From the human T2T-CHM13v2.0 reference genome, Homo sapiens: 64,000 nt of DNA. Below, in pieces: positions 31,527 through 44,732 of the stretch. The translations under genes were made by a program, and so were the position numbers. The notes beneath the pieces are model-generated. The model was not told the DNA's origin. It searched no databases and was given only the letters and a program-made list of their open reading frames with translations. Each line of letters opens with the position of its first letter. The stretch's first letter is position 1. The stretch lies in NCBI RefSeq assembly GCF_009914755.1, contig NC_060932.1; one strand, given 5' to 3'.

Positions 31527-31831
31527 CTTTTTTTTTTTTTTTTTTTTTTGAGACAGTGTCTTGCTCTGTCGCTGAGGCTGGAGTGCAGTGGCGCTAACTC
31601 GGCTCACTGCAACCTCTGCCTCTTGCATTCAAGCAATTCTCTTGCCTCAGCCTGCCGAGTAGCTGGGATTACAGGCACATGCCACCACGCCTGGCTAATT
31701 TTTGTATTTTTAGTAGAGATGGGGTTTCACCATGTTGGTCAGGCTGGCCTCAAACTCCTGATCTTAGGTGATCCACCCACCTTGGCCTCCCAAAGTGCTG
31801 GGATTACTGGCGTGAGCCACCGCACCCAGCC
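31527..31831 (-). mobile_element. AluSx-like
   Basis: Full antisense dimer; perfect 13-bp TSD tatttgagttctt (31514-31526 / 31832-31844). Confidence 0.96.
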
Positions 31832-31929
31832 TATTTGAGTTCTTGTAGAATGCCTATGCACGTCTATTTTCAGAATGCCTATAATTTGCAGAATCTATTA
31901 ATTTTTGGAAGAAGAAGTGCTCTAAGCGC

Positions 31930-32110
31930 TTAGGAGAGGCTAATCTAATCTAATCATCTCAGTCTTAATTCTCTCAATTTAGTGATGGGGAAATTGAAGT
32001 TCCAAGAGACTGTGGACCTGTTCATGTCACTTAATTAGTGGCAGAGGCAGGACTAGAATGAAGGTCTCCTGATTGGGCTCAGTCCTATTCATTTTCATTG
32101 ACCCATGCTT
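31930..32110 (-). mobile_element. MIR
   Basis: gatggggaaattgaagttccaagag...gtcacttaattagtggcagaggcaggactagaa. Confidence 0.7.
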
Positions 32111-32821
32111 CACTCATGACTTCCCCTCTCATTACTAGGAGTGACACAGTTGATGCTATGACTCCTGAGAGCAGAAGAGCTTAGTACAATAAGTGGAGCT
32201 ACCATATTCCATTGGCCACCCAGAATGTGGCCAGGTTTTTCACCTTTAAAAAAAAAAAAGTTTCTTCTCCTTCACCTAACCTCAGGTTACTTGTTTCCAG
32301 GCAGTCTCCCAAGATTTGTATTTGAGCAATATTTGAGATAGTGGTACTGGGGTGTTAGAGTTGATTATGTCACCAGGCTCAAGATAAGGTACTAACAGAT
32401 TGATCTAGCTAATGAAGACATGAAAGGGATGGGTCAGAAAGTGTGCACTGTATGGAATATAAAGGCTAAAATGAGTTAATAGTCAATTAGGTCAGATAAG
32501 TGTCAGGGCTTCATGAGGATTGTGGCATCAGAAATAGGCACTAGAGATTTGGGTATACATTTCTCAGGAAAAAAGTGAGACAGGACTTTGGTGCTTTGTT
32601 AGTATTTAAAGGTCAGCTAGGGTATCTCACACAACACAAATATTTGTAGAGAAAAGACATAACACTCACTGGAAACAACTAAGAATAAAACAACAATAGT
32701 AGTACAATAAAAACACATGAAGACAGCTAGAAAAATGAGCTCTTAAAGAAAAAAAGACAAAACTTTCTAGTAGTCTGTAGTAGGTTCTTTCAGAAGATCA
32801 AAAGAAATCTTGATAATTTTT

Positions 32822-33099
32822 CCTTTTTAAAAATTTTATTTATTTGTTTATTTATTTATATATTTAGCTTTTAAATAGAGACAAGGTCTTGCTATGTTGC
32901 CCAAGCTGGTCTCAAACTCCTTGAGCTCAAGTGCTCCTCCTGCCTTGGCCTTGCAAAGTGTTAGGATTACAGGTGTGAAGCATTATGTCTGGCTTTTTTT
33001 TTTTTTTTTTTTTTAAACAGAGTCTCATTCTGTCACCCAGGCTGAAGTGCAGTGTGCAGTGGCGTGATCACAGCTCACTGCAGCCTGGACCTTCCCAGG
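32822..33099 (-). mobile_element. Composite Alu: right-arm 3' fragment plus FLAM-like left monomer
   Basis: Two antisense pieces, each with its own tail, inside a single 13-bp TSD cttgataattttt (32809-32821 / 33100-33112). Confidence 0.9.
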
Positions 33100-35879
33100 C
33101 TTGATAATTTTTTAATCCTACATCTTCATTTTCAACATATTATGAGCTTCAGAAAGTTCTAAAGCGTCTAAAAAGTTCAGGGCATCTAAACTCTTATCAG
33201 ATGATAAATCTCTAAATTAGGTATATCAGATATCTGCATATTTGTTATGCTACTATCATAAATATTTTAGGATTGATCTTTAACCCATAAATATAAAAAT
33301 AAGGTAAAAACAATTACTGTCAATTATTTGTTAAAAGCAAAACATTCCAATGCCAAATTGCAATTTTTCATTATAATACTGGTTGTAGAGAATTATTTGG
33401 ATCTGAATAACTTCTTTACAGTTTCTAGAGGGCAAATGCCTCTGAATCATTTGTGTGCTATTCTTATTTTGAAATGTTCCCCATGTTTGTGGTAAAACTG
33501 TGATATTATGAAAGGTCCAATTGATTCCTAAGGCCCTAGAAAAAAATTTAAAGAGTAACATTTAGTAACATATAAAACTTAATCTCACCACATAAAGTAT
33601 TATTAAGTGTAATGGAAAAATGTGTCAAGTTGCTCAACAATATATAAGGTTACATGCTTCAGACTACCTGCTTTGTTTATTAACATGTCTTTGTCATGTG
33701 CAATACTCACCAGAAAATGTCATAACAAGCATCAGAGAAGGCTGTATTTAAACAATGAGATGATAGAACTATTCTTTTACAATGCATAATTATTTGGATT
33801 GGAGCAATGCGTGGAGTTGAAGTCTTTAAAAGTTAGAATAGGGGATGCATGGCCCAAATTTTTGTTATTTTTAAAAATCAGAGTTATAAAGGAGCGGCAC
33901 ATGTTTTTAATTATTTTATTAAACACTTTTTATTTGTCTTGGAATATTCTTATATTTGCTCCAGGTGTGGCCTACAACTACAAAATAAAAGAAAATCTAC
34001 TTCATTCTTTAACCTTGATGGACGTAGGTTATAGGTCAGCCTTATATCAGATGGAGCATATCTTTCACAAGTAGGAATGTATTGGCTGACTGCAAGCAAA
34101 GCCTATTGTTTTTCTCTATGGATTGTTTTGTATATTTTTTGTCACTGCAAGAACTTGAGCATATTCATACCAGCCAAGGTGTTTCATGATTTTCTTTGGC
34201 TCTTTTTGAAGCATTGACCTGCTTCACCTCCTCAAATTAAACAGATCTGAGATTTTTATCCCAAACCAGGAATTTAGTTAAGATTTTCCAATGAGTCTCA
34301 TAAACCCTATGGGCCAGATTACCCCCTTAAAGCAATCATATTTGTGGATCTTGAAAAGTCAACATACATATACTGAGAAGCTACCATATGTTGGGCTTTC
34401 TTGTGTGTTTCCCCTATCAAGTTATAGAGAAGTCCATAAGCATCTGAAGCATTAGGCACACTGTTTCTTAAGAGAAGTAAAATGTTAAAGAAACCATAGG
34501 AAGGAAATATCACAGAGTTGACAGTAGAAACACGAGATTGGAGAGATTGGAGAGATCTTCATGAGGCAAATGGTGTTTGAACTGAGGGATGCATAATATT
34601 TTGAAGGGCAGGGATGGACAAGAAGGTCATATAGGCAAGAACCACAGCATGGGCAAGGACACAAAGACAGGAAGAATACTGGTTACACTTGATGGCCCAG
34701 GAAACATAGCAATTAATACTGTTTGGGGAGACACATTAGACACAGGGGGTGAGAAGGAAATATGCCTGGAAAACTAAGTCATGAGAAGAGCAGAGAGGGT
34801 CCAGGTTGTAAAGATAAGAAGTGTGAATTGATTAAGTAGATAGCAGGAAAACCTTTGCATAGGGAAGAACTCTAATGAGAGCATTTATATCTGTAGCTTT
34901 GGATTCAAATAATTCAAAACTTGAGGAGGCCCAGGTGTCTGGCTCTTTGCATATGTCATGAATTGATGAGAAGAAAACTGGGTTCTAAACTACCTCTGCA
35001 CTAGTCCTATCTCAAAGAGTAAGCACCTCCCTGAGACACATTTTTTGTACAAAAGACTGTAGAGTAATTTGGGTTTTTTTTAAGAAAGCTATCTATCTTC
35101 TTTATTAGGCAGAGAGTAAAGTTAGACCAATAGTGCAGCCTAGCTCATAGGAGGATGAAACAAATAATTTAAGAAGTGCTTTTTAAAACTTTGCTTTTAC
35201 TGAGTATAGTTATTAATCTAAACAACAGTAAATATATGTAACTGGGTTATATTTTTAATTCTGTAAAACTTGATTAATTTTCAGAGTAAGCCCTTACCTG
35301 AAGTTCCAAAGTATACATGACTACTTCCTATAAATGGATTGCAAATTTTATGTGGCTGTTTTCTCACTGTATAGGTAGTCTCATTGACTCATAAAATTTT
35401 AAAGATAGGAAATATCCACCCAACCTCTTAATTTTACAAGTGAGGAAACTGAAGCCCAAAAGAATGACAGTGACTTTTCAGGGCTCTTTAGCTACTTTGT
35501 TGATAAGAGGTCAGAAATAAATAAAATTCTACAGAAGTTAGCACACTCTGCTTTCTACGTTCATCGGCTTTTCTTTTGCTTCAGTGTTGGTGTTCTGAAT
35601 CCAAAATAAAGAATTCAGATTAGGCCTCTTTAAATGAAAAATAAATGCATATGCAGAGGAGGGATATTCAGGGAATTTATTGTCTATGAGGCTATGTTTA
35701 CATATTTTCTCTTCTAATTGAGATTTCTTTCTTAATTTTAGATATAACTTTTGAGAAAAACTGCTATTTTGGAATGGCTTACTGCTTTTGTTAAAAGCCT
35801 CTCCCAGGGCTCAAGCTGATAGCTAAGGCTGGGGTTTCAAAAGGCACTAAGTGATTGTTTATCTTTGTATTGTAATGTT

Positions 35880-36205
35880 TAAGAAGAAGAGACTATGAAT
35901 TACCAGCCCATGGGCTGGGTGTGTCTGCAGATGTGCTTTGTTTGGCCAGAACAATCTTTTAACAAAAATAAATTTAACATTTAAAAATTAGGAGATCTCA
36001 AAAAGTTTGGATACTCTCTTTGAAAAACAGAAGATACGGCAATACTAGGCTTGCCTTCTCTCATAGTAAGAATTAGCTTGAGCCGAACATACTGTCCAGT
36101 TTGCCATGGTTTCTCCCAATCCAGAATGTTCTCCAACCAATTTGTTTCATTCATTTACCTTCCATTCCTACCTTGGTCAGAATTTAAGGTTGCTATCTCT
36201 ACCCT
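35880..36205. mobile_element. MER102-like hAT-Charlie relic
   Basis: cagatgtgctttgtttggcc...ctctttgaaaaacagaagatacggcaatactaggc. Confidence 0.6.
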
Positions 36206-36803
36206 CTGATAAGGTAATAAGTTTTCCTTGTTAGCCAAAATTGTTTCCCTCTAGCTGCCCAAGGGTTTTCAATTCATACTGTCATACTGCATTTAAAAAA
36301 TGTTAACAGTGTCTGAATCCTTTCTGCTAACCAGCAGCTTCTTTCACAAATATACTCTATAGTGTTGATAGGATTAAGTCCACAAAGATTCACATTCAGA
36401 ACTTAAGGTAAATTAGTTTTGTCTGATGGCATTTAGGTAATTCTCAGAATCTATCTAATGGAAAGAGGAAATACGATGCTTTAATTTGAAGGGGATATGT
36501 TTAATAAGGAAAAATAATAAATAGTAAAATTAAAATCACCTATAATCTCACCATCCCAAAATACCCTCTGTGATTACTGTGTTGTTTTTAATGCAGTAAT
36601 TAAAAAAAAAAAAAGATTCTCATGTGCATTCTCTCTCACACAGGCATGTGCGTACATACATATCCACACCTGAGATCATCTATACAATCATTCATACAAT
36701 AATATATGATAATATACATTCTATATACAGCTTTATAAAGTGGCTTTAGCATTATATTATAAATATTTTCCATATTGTCAAATAGTCCTCTGTAAGATAA
36801 TTT

Positions 36804-37105
<302 letters not shown>

Positions 37106-37214
37106 GGTGTAAGATGATTTTTAAAATAAGTACATAGCATTTTATTATCTGGATGTACTATAACTTATTTAATCACTCTTCTACAGTTCATATGCCATTT
37201 AAAACTTAATTACG

Positions 37215-37513
<299 letters not shown>

Positions 37514-37589
37514 TAAAATCATTTTAAATAATACCATGAAGAATATATTTGTGCATTCAATTTTACATGTATTAGTGATACATATTTTC

Positions 37590-38296
37590 AAAGTTTGTTA
37601 GACAAACCTGAAAATTCAAATGTAACACAGAACTTTCTAGAAAATACGATTTACCAAAGCTGACACACAGGAAATAGAAAATCTGAGTAGTCGTATATCT
37701 ATTAAAAATTAAATTAATAATTTAAAAACCTCATATTAAAATATATTCAGGCCCATATGGGGCCTGAATTCTTTTAAACTTTTAAGAAATAATTCTAATA
37801 TTATGCAAACACTTCCATAGAATACAAGAGGAAACACTTCCCAATCCATTTTATGAGACTAGCTAACCTCGATTCCAATACATAACAGAAGAATTATAAG
37901 AAAGAAAAACTTTTTGCCAAATAAGCCAATTGACTTATGAACATAGATATAAAAATTCTAAACAAATTGGTACTAAACCAATTCCTATCATGTATAAAGG
38001 GTAATACATCCCTACTACATTGAGTTTATTGCAGAAATGTATTACCAGATTAATTTTTGAAAATTAATCAGGAAATTAGCCACACTAGCATAATAAATGA
38101 GATAAATAATGTCAATAATGCATAAAAAGTGTTTGATAAATATTGACATCTAATCATGACAAAAAATTCAGTGGCTTTGAAACGTAAGAAAAATTTCTTA
38201 ATCTAAAAAAAAAGCGTATTTCCAAAAATCCTACAGCAAACATCATACTTGATGAATTACTGAAGCATTTCTCTTTTAGGTCAGGGATGACCTAAA
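37590..38296 (+). mobile_element. L1 ORF2 remnant (linker/RT N-terminal region)
   Basis: gaaatagaaaatctgagtag...gaggaaacacttcccaatccattttatgagactagc...gaacatagatataaaaattctaaacaaa; frame-disrupted. Confidence 0.85.
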
Positions 38297-39243
38297 AGAC
38301 CAAAATTTCTACGATAATCAAATGAGACCAAAATTTCTACGATAATCAGGAAAAATCTAAACAATTGTTTTTAAATATGCTTTGATACCTTGTTAAAATA
38401 TACAGAAAAGCAAGTAAATGCGTACATATAAGATAATAGATAGTTTTGTGCAGGTAATAATGATTGAGCTTCAGGGCTGTCAGAATTATATTTCTTAACT
38501 TAGATGGTGATCAGTGGGTCATTTTTTTTTAACTGAATTATACTTTTTGTAGTACTTTTTTGCATATTACATTTCACAAATTAAAAAATAGGCAGTGTTG
38601 AAAGTGTTCTTGATTTTCTAATAGCTTAGAATAATATTTTTGTGTTGCTTATGAACACTTATTACAAACATTTCTATGTAGAGAATTTAGTTTGGTAGTT
38701 CGTGAAAGGTTCACTGTCAACTGACAATTTTTAAAAAAAAATCATCAGTAACATCTTCAATGTATCTGCAGTGGTAATGAATCTAGTTTCAGAATAATTG
38801 CAGTCTAACAAAGCATCCTTACTGATGCCATTGCAAATCAATTTTCCTCAACTTTGCTGTCATTTTCTCATTTAAGGCCCTATGTATTGAAACTTAACAA
38901 TTAAGAGCCAAATCTGCCATCTTCAAACTTTTGCAATTGTTTTATAATGCTCATGTTTTCCCCTCAATTAAAATAAAATACCCCTGAGGACAGATAGCAG
39001 ATGTTACTTATTCTGTACTTTTCGGAGCATCTTGGCTAGAGATTTAATACCTAAGTGCTAAATAACATGCTTTTATAAATCAAATCAGATGCAAGAATTT
39101 TATAAATACCCTTGAAGAAATATAATATTATTTTCATCAGTCAATATGGTAGAGCTAAGTATCCCCTTTATTAATTGCATATAGAATTTCAGAAAAACAA
39201 CTGGGTTTAATTCATCTATTTAACTTTAACTATAACCTTCAAT

Positions 39244-39527
<284 letters not shown>

Positions 39528-39789
39528 TTAAAAGACAAGCTAGATTAAGATGAGGAAGGATTCAGGCAGAATAAATACCCTCAATTTTTACTCTCTTCCA
39601 TTCCTTCCTTCTTAGCTGAGGCTCCTTATGGCAAAACCTACATATAAGGAGAGGGTTTGGGAATTCTGTTGATATAGACCACAAACGTCAGTCCCCTGAA
39701 GCAAAGAACTTGGTATTAAAGACAGAAATTATATCTGGCAGAAAAATAGAAGATATCTGGCACAAGGCAGATGCCTGCCTCATTGAATT

Positions 39790-42700
39790 TCAGGCTTGCA
39801 TTTTTTTTCTGATATGTAGGTTTAAGTTTTAAATGTTTCCTCTAAGTCCAGCTTTGTTTTCATCCTGCATTTATTTTGTTGAAAGAACAAGCTCTGTATG
39901 GATGGTTTAAATCATTTGAAATGTGTTGAGACTTCCTTAATGATCCAGTAAATGACCAGCTTTGGGCAAATGTTTAGAAGCACCAAGTTCTAGGAAAACA
40001 ATGGTAAAATGTATTTTGCTGTTGTTGGGTGGAGTTTTCTTTATGTGTCCATTAGGTAGAGGTGGCTGATTGTGTTGTTCAAATATTCCGTCTTCTTACT
40101 GTATGTTTTGGGGGGTGTTGTTTTATCAGTTAGCAAGAGCTGTGTGTCAACACCTCCTGCTATGACTATGGATTTAACTGTTTCTCTTTGTATCAGTTCC
40201 TGCTTTATAAATTTTGGTGCTATATTAGTTTTATATAAATTTAAAAGTGTATCTTCCTGGTGAATTGAACTTTTTATTATTAGGAGATATTTCCTTGTAT
40301 CCCTAGCAAATAATTCTGCATTAAATTCCACATTCTATGACATTGGTACCCCAGCTTTTTAAAAATTGGTTTGTATGGTATATGATTTTTATTCTCTAAC
40401 TTTTCATTATTTCTGTAATCACATATATCAGACAATTCTCTTCAAAAACAACATGTAGTTAGGCTATTTGTTTAATCAATTCTAGCAGTCCTTTCTGTTT
40501 AACTCATTTAGTTTACTTGTGCGTAGTGTAATTATTATTATACTTATTTTTGAATTTACTATATTACCAACTTACTTTATACTTTATATTTTATTTTCTC
40601 CACTATATTATGTTTTCATTTTCCTTCTTTCTTGCCTTTTTTGGGATAATTTTTTTGTTATTGCTCTTTTATTCTATTTTAGCTTGAAGGTTATATACTC
40701 TTTTAAGATTCTTTCGATAGTTGTTCTTGAGATTGCAACAATGTATTGTTTAATGTAGAAAAGTCTCATGTCAATTGGTCCTTTTATATTTTAGCTTTGT
40801 AAAACTTAAAAAATGTTTAGCTTTGTATCTCTTCATCCCGAATTTTATAGGAGTATTGGCATGTATTTAAATCCCCTGTATATTTTAAAACACCATAAGG
40901 CTTTATTATTATTTTTAAATATTGCCAATATCCATTTATATTTTCCCAGTTTTATTCTGTTTGTCACTATTCCTTTTTTTCAATATCTCTGAAATTCCAT
41001 ATTGGATCACCTTTCTTCTGCCTAAATAAAAAAAAAGATTTGTTTTAGTTTGTAATTACTGGTGGTGAATTATCTTTGCCTGAAATTTCTCAATTTCTCC
41101 TTTTAAAGGATATTTTCACTGAGTATAAAAATCAAGAAAGTTTTTTTTCTTTCAGCACGTCAAAGATATCATTTTTTCTTTGTGTTGAGAAGATAAAATG
41201 ATATCTGTCATTTTATTTTCACCTGTAGATTATTACTACTAATAATATTTTTAGTCACCTGTTAGATTATTACGTCTTCAAATGTTAACATTTTCCATTT
41301 GTCTTTTATTTTTGCAGCAGTTTTATCATAGTGTGCCTACATGTTATTAAGCTCAGTTTAATCCTAGGTTCTTTGTATTAGACTTGGATGAGCAAAGTGC
41401 TTCTAAATCTATCGTTTTTATATGTTTGGTAGCTGTGGATTGTGCCTTGTTCTCTTTTGAGTCTTGTTTTGGTTCCTTTTCCATTCAGCTATTGCTGCCT
41501 AACAAATCACCCCAAACCTTAGTGGTCTAAAACAATACTCACTCATTTAGTACATATATCTGCAATTTGGGCGGGGCTCAACAAGGAGGCTCATGCCTTT
41601 TCCATGACGTGTCAGCTGCAGTGATTTACCTGGGGCTGGAGATACACTTGCAAGATGGTTAACTCTCATGTCTAGTGAATTGGTGGTTACTGTTGGCTGA
41701 GAGTTTATTCAAGGCTGCAGGCCAAAGACCTTGATTTCTCTCCTGTAGACATTTCCTCATGCACCTCTCCATGAAATATTTGGACTTTTTCACATGATTG
41801 TAGCTAGATTATAAGAATAAAGACAGGAAGTAGAAAAGTCCTGTTCCTTAAGTCCTAAGCTTGGAAACTCACAGCACCACTTCTGCCATCTTTGTTTGGT
41901 CAAGCAGTTGTAGGTAATACAGTCAAGGTCAATGGACATGGTTCTACCACTTGGGAAAACAAAAGAATTTGAAGACTATGTTTTAAAATCACCAAAGCCT
42001 TCAATTACACATATGCTAGACATTCTAACTATATGCAAAATAATTCCCCTTAGTTCCTGCTCACATATTTTCATCCATTTAACTCTGAGTATAATTCTGA
42101 ATAAATGTAGTGTGTTTCCCTCTTTAAATGCTATCAAATCTGCTGTTTAATATATACATTGACTTGTAGTTTTTTTATATTTTGGCATTTTTATTTGGTT
42201 CATTTGTAGTTTCTACTTCTTTCTAAAATTCTAGATATTATCTTTAATTTTCTTATTAAGCATATTTATTTTAAAATCCATGTTTGATAAGTTCATTATG
42301 TGATTCCTGTGGGTGTTTCTATTCTTTGGTGTTTTTTCTTGGCTTTAGAACACATGGCCTTGTCATCATGTGTGTCTGCTTATTTTTGATTAAGTGTTGA
42401 GCATTATATATGATATGTTGCAAAGATAATTTGAGGCCTAGGATGATGTTATCTTCTTCTAGAGAGTATTTTATCTTGCTTCTAGCAGAGGTGCAGGGAA
42501 ACTAACAATCTGAGATTATTTGAATTAAATAAAAAAGAAAAAAGATTTTAAGTTGGGCTTTATTCCTTGAGAGGGCTGGTATATTTCCATTTTACCCTTA
42601 CTCCTCCAGTGTGGCCTTTCGGCCTAGAAGCTTAAAACCTAGGGAATTTATTTGGGTAACATTTCTCAGTAAGATTACAACTCCACTTTTTTTTTTCCTT

Positions 42701-42980
42701 TAGCCTGGGAGGATTTTACAACCCTTCTTTAGGGTCTCAGCCTCTCAGGAGTCTCTCTGGAATTGGTAGATACCTTTAGAGGAAGCATGTCTCCAAATTC
42801 TGTGCTCATTTCTTTTTATTTCTTCATTATCTGGGATATTGGCCATTTAATACTTTACTGCTTTGATAGATGTTTGGTGCCTTCACACAGGTTTTTAAAA
42901 AATATTTTATCCAGCTATTCTATGCACTTTCAGTGAAATGCTTTATCCAAATAATTTATCCTGCTGTTACTGGATAGGGA
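39790..42980 (-). mobile_element. Old L1 spanning the ORF2 endonuclease to ORF1, interrupted by an MLT1 LTR
   Basis: ORF 40041-40331(-) IIKSSIHQEDTLLNLY...APKFIKQ...IVIAGGVDTQL matches the L1 APE-endonuclease pattern IKGSIQQEDITILNIYAPN...IVGDFNTPL. Boundaries approximate. Confidence 0.8.
41480..41994 (-). mobile_element. MLT1 (G/H-like) MaLR LTR
   Basis: gctattgctgcctaacaaatcaccccaaaccttagtggtctaaaacaa...cacttctgccatctttgtttggtcaagcag...ttttaaaatcacca. Confidence 0.8.
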
Positions 42981-43194
42981 TTTTTACACTCTAATATAGT
43001 TCAATAAATTTGGGCAGAACCATTAAATATTCAGATTATTGCATTTTGTTTTCATGCAGTAGGAAAATATTTACTTTCTAATGGTTTTTATTTTTGCCAA
43101 ACATAGTATGTGCTTGATAAATATTAGTTCTAAGTTTTTACTTTTAAGTATGTACCATATAAAATGGTTTCTATTTATGAAAAGAGCGTCAATG

Positions 43195-43501
43195 CAATCA
43201 GCCTGCTGTATCTACTGGGTTTTGCATCTGCAGATTCAACCAACCGTAGATCAAAAAATAATATATATATATATAAAGAAATAAAAAATAAAAACATTTG
43301 CATAACATTTATACTGTATTAGTTATTATAAGTAATGTAGAGATTATTTAAAATATATGAGAGAATATGCATAGGTTATTTGCAAATACTGTGCCATTTT
43401 TTATGAGGGACTTGAGCATTTTTTATAAGGGACTGTGCCATTTTTTATAAGGGACTTGGATTTTAATATCCGCAGGGGTCTTGGAACCCATAGGACAACT
43501 A
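43195..43501 (-). mobile_element. MER2 (TcMar-Tigger MITE)
   Basis: gcatctgcagattcaaccaaccgtagatcaaaaaata...ataagtaatgtagagattatttaaa...atccgcaggggtcttggaacc. Confidence 0.85.
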
Positions 43502-44203
43502 TATTTAGTTTATCTGCTCTCCTACAAGGACTTCAGTCTTTTGCTTATTATTAGGTTTCTATTTACTTTTACTGATGTAATTATTGACATAATATTCTTA
43601 CTCCTTTATATAGTTTTGTTGCCAGCCACTTAAGTGTTCACTGTAATTACTAATGATTCACCCTTTTTTGTGAGCATACACATCTGCCACTTAACTTTCT
43701 CAGTGGGAGGCTCATTTCCTTTTTCTGGAGGCTATCATGAAGTGGAAAAAAACCTGGAAGTCAGAAGACTCAGCTAAGGTCTTGCTTCTTCCCGGTGGTC
43801 CCAGACTAGTAAATTGCAGAGAAAGGGCTTGCACTCAAGTGCATCTACAGTTGCCCAATTGTCAGATTTTAACTATAAGGGATATACTAACTACATGATA
43901 GTAAAGGCAAATGCTCTCCTCTAGGGTTCTCTGCTAAATACTTTCTGCCTTTTACTTACTAACTAGAAATGATTTCTCTTTCACCTGTAAAACTAGAGCT
44001 CATTTTTCTGTGTCTCTTAATTATTCTATGGCTTCTACATTCAATTTATGCCTCTGATACAATTTAGCACTACAGGGGAAAGGTTTTATAGTCCTAATTT
44101 GGGGCAAAAAGAGTGACCTCTCTATTAGATGAGTTCATAGGTGATATATTTGTCTTATGCAATGCTCTTAGGTGCTCTCCCAAGCTGGAGGAAAGGGTTT
44201 TGG

Positions 44204-44320
44204 AGCCAGCCATGGTGGTGCATGCCTGTGGTCCCAGCTACTGAGAGGCTGAGGCAAGAGCCCAGGAGTTGGAGTCCAGCTTGAGCAATTTAGCAAGTGA
44301 GACTCCAAAACAAAAAAGAA
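44204..44320 (+). mobile_element. FLAM_A-like Alu monomer
   Basis: ggtggtgcatgcctgtggtcccagctactgagaggctgaggc...gagcccaggagttggagtccagc, A tail. Confidence 0.8.
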
Positions 44321-44732
44321 CCCATTACTCAGGATTTTCATCATGTAAATATTTCATACTCCTAAATGGGGGACCCAGTGCTATACCATCATTAATCCCA
44401 ACCTACCTCCTTTTTCCTCCACTTCAGACTTAAGTGAAGAAAACCAATGAATAAACTATTCCCTCGAGCAGATGTTATACTGTATTTCCATTGTTTGAGC
44501 TAGTATAGAAGTTGACTGGCATGGTCTCATTGGAGGTAGTCTGAGGATAGATATGGTGGCTGAAGAAACTACTTGTGTAGGCATAATAAAGATGGCATGT
44601 GACGATTAAAAAGAAGAGCTCTAAGCACAGAGCTCCAAAAGTGTGACATAATACTTTTTTCTTACTGAGTTAGCATATATTTTAATGGAGAGCTAATTGA
44701 ATAATAAATTGAGAAAAGTGACACTAGCCTAA

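Noticed and set aside
40041-40331. Endonuclease-like ORF
   Set aside because: Decayed L1 ORF2 fragment; the GDFN catalytic motif is lost (GGVD).
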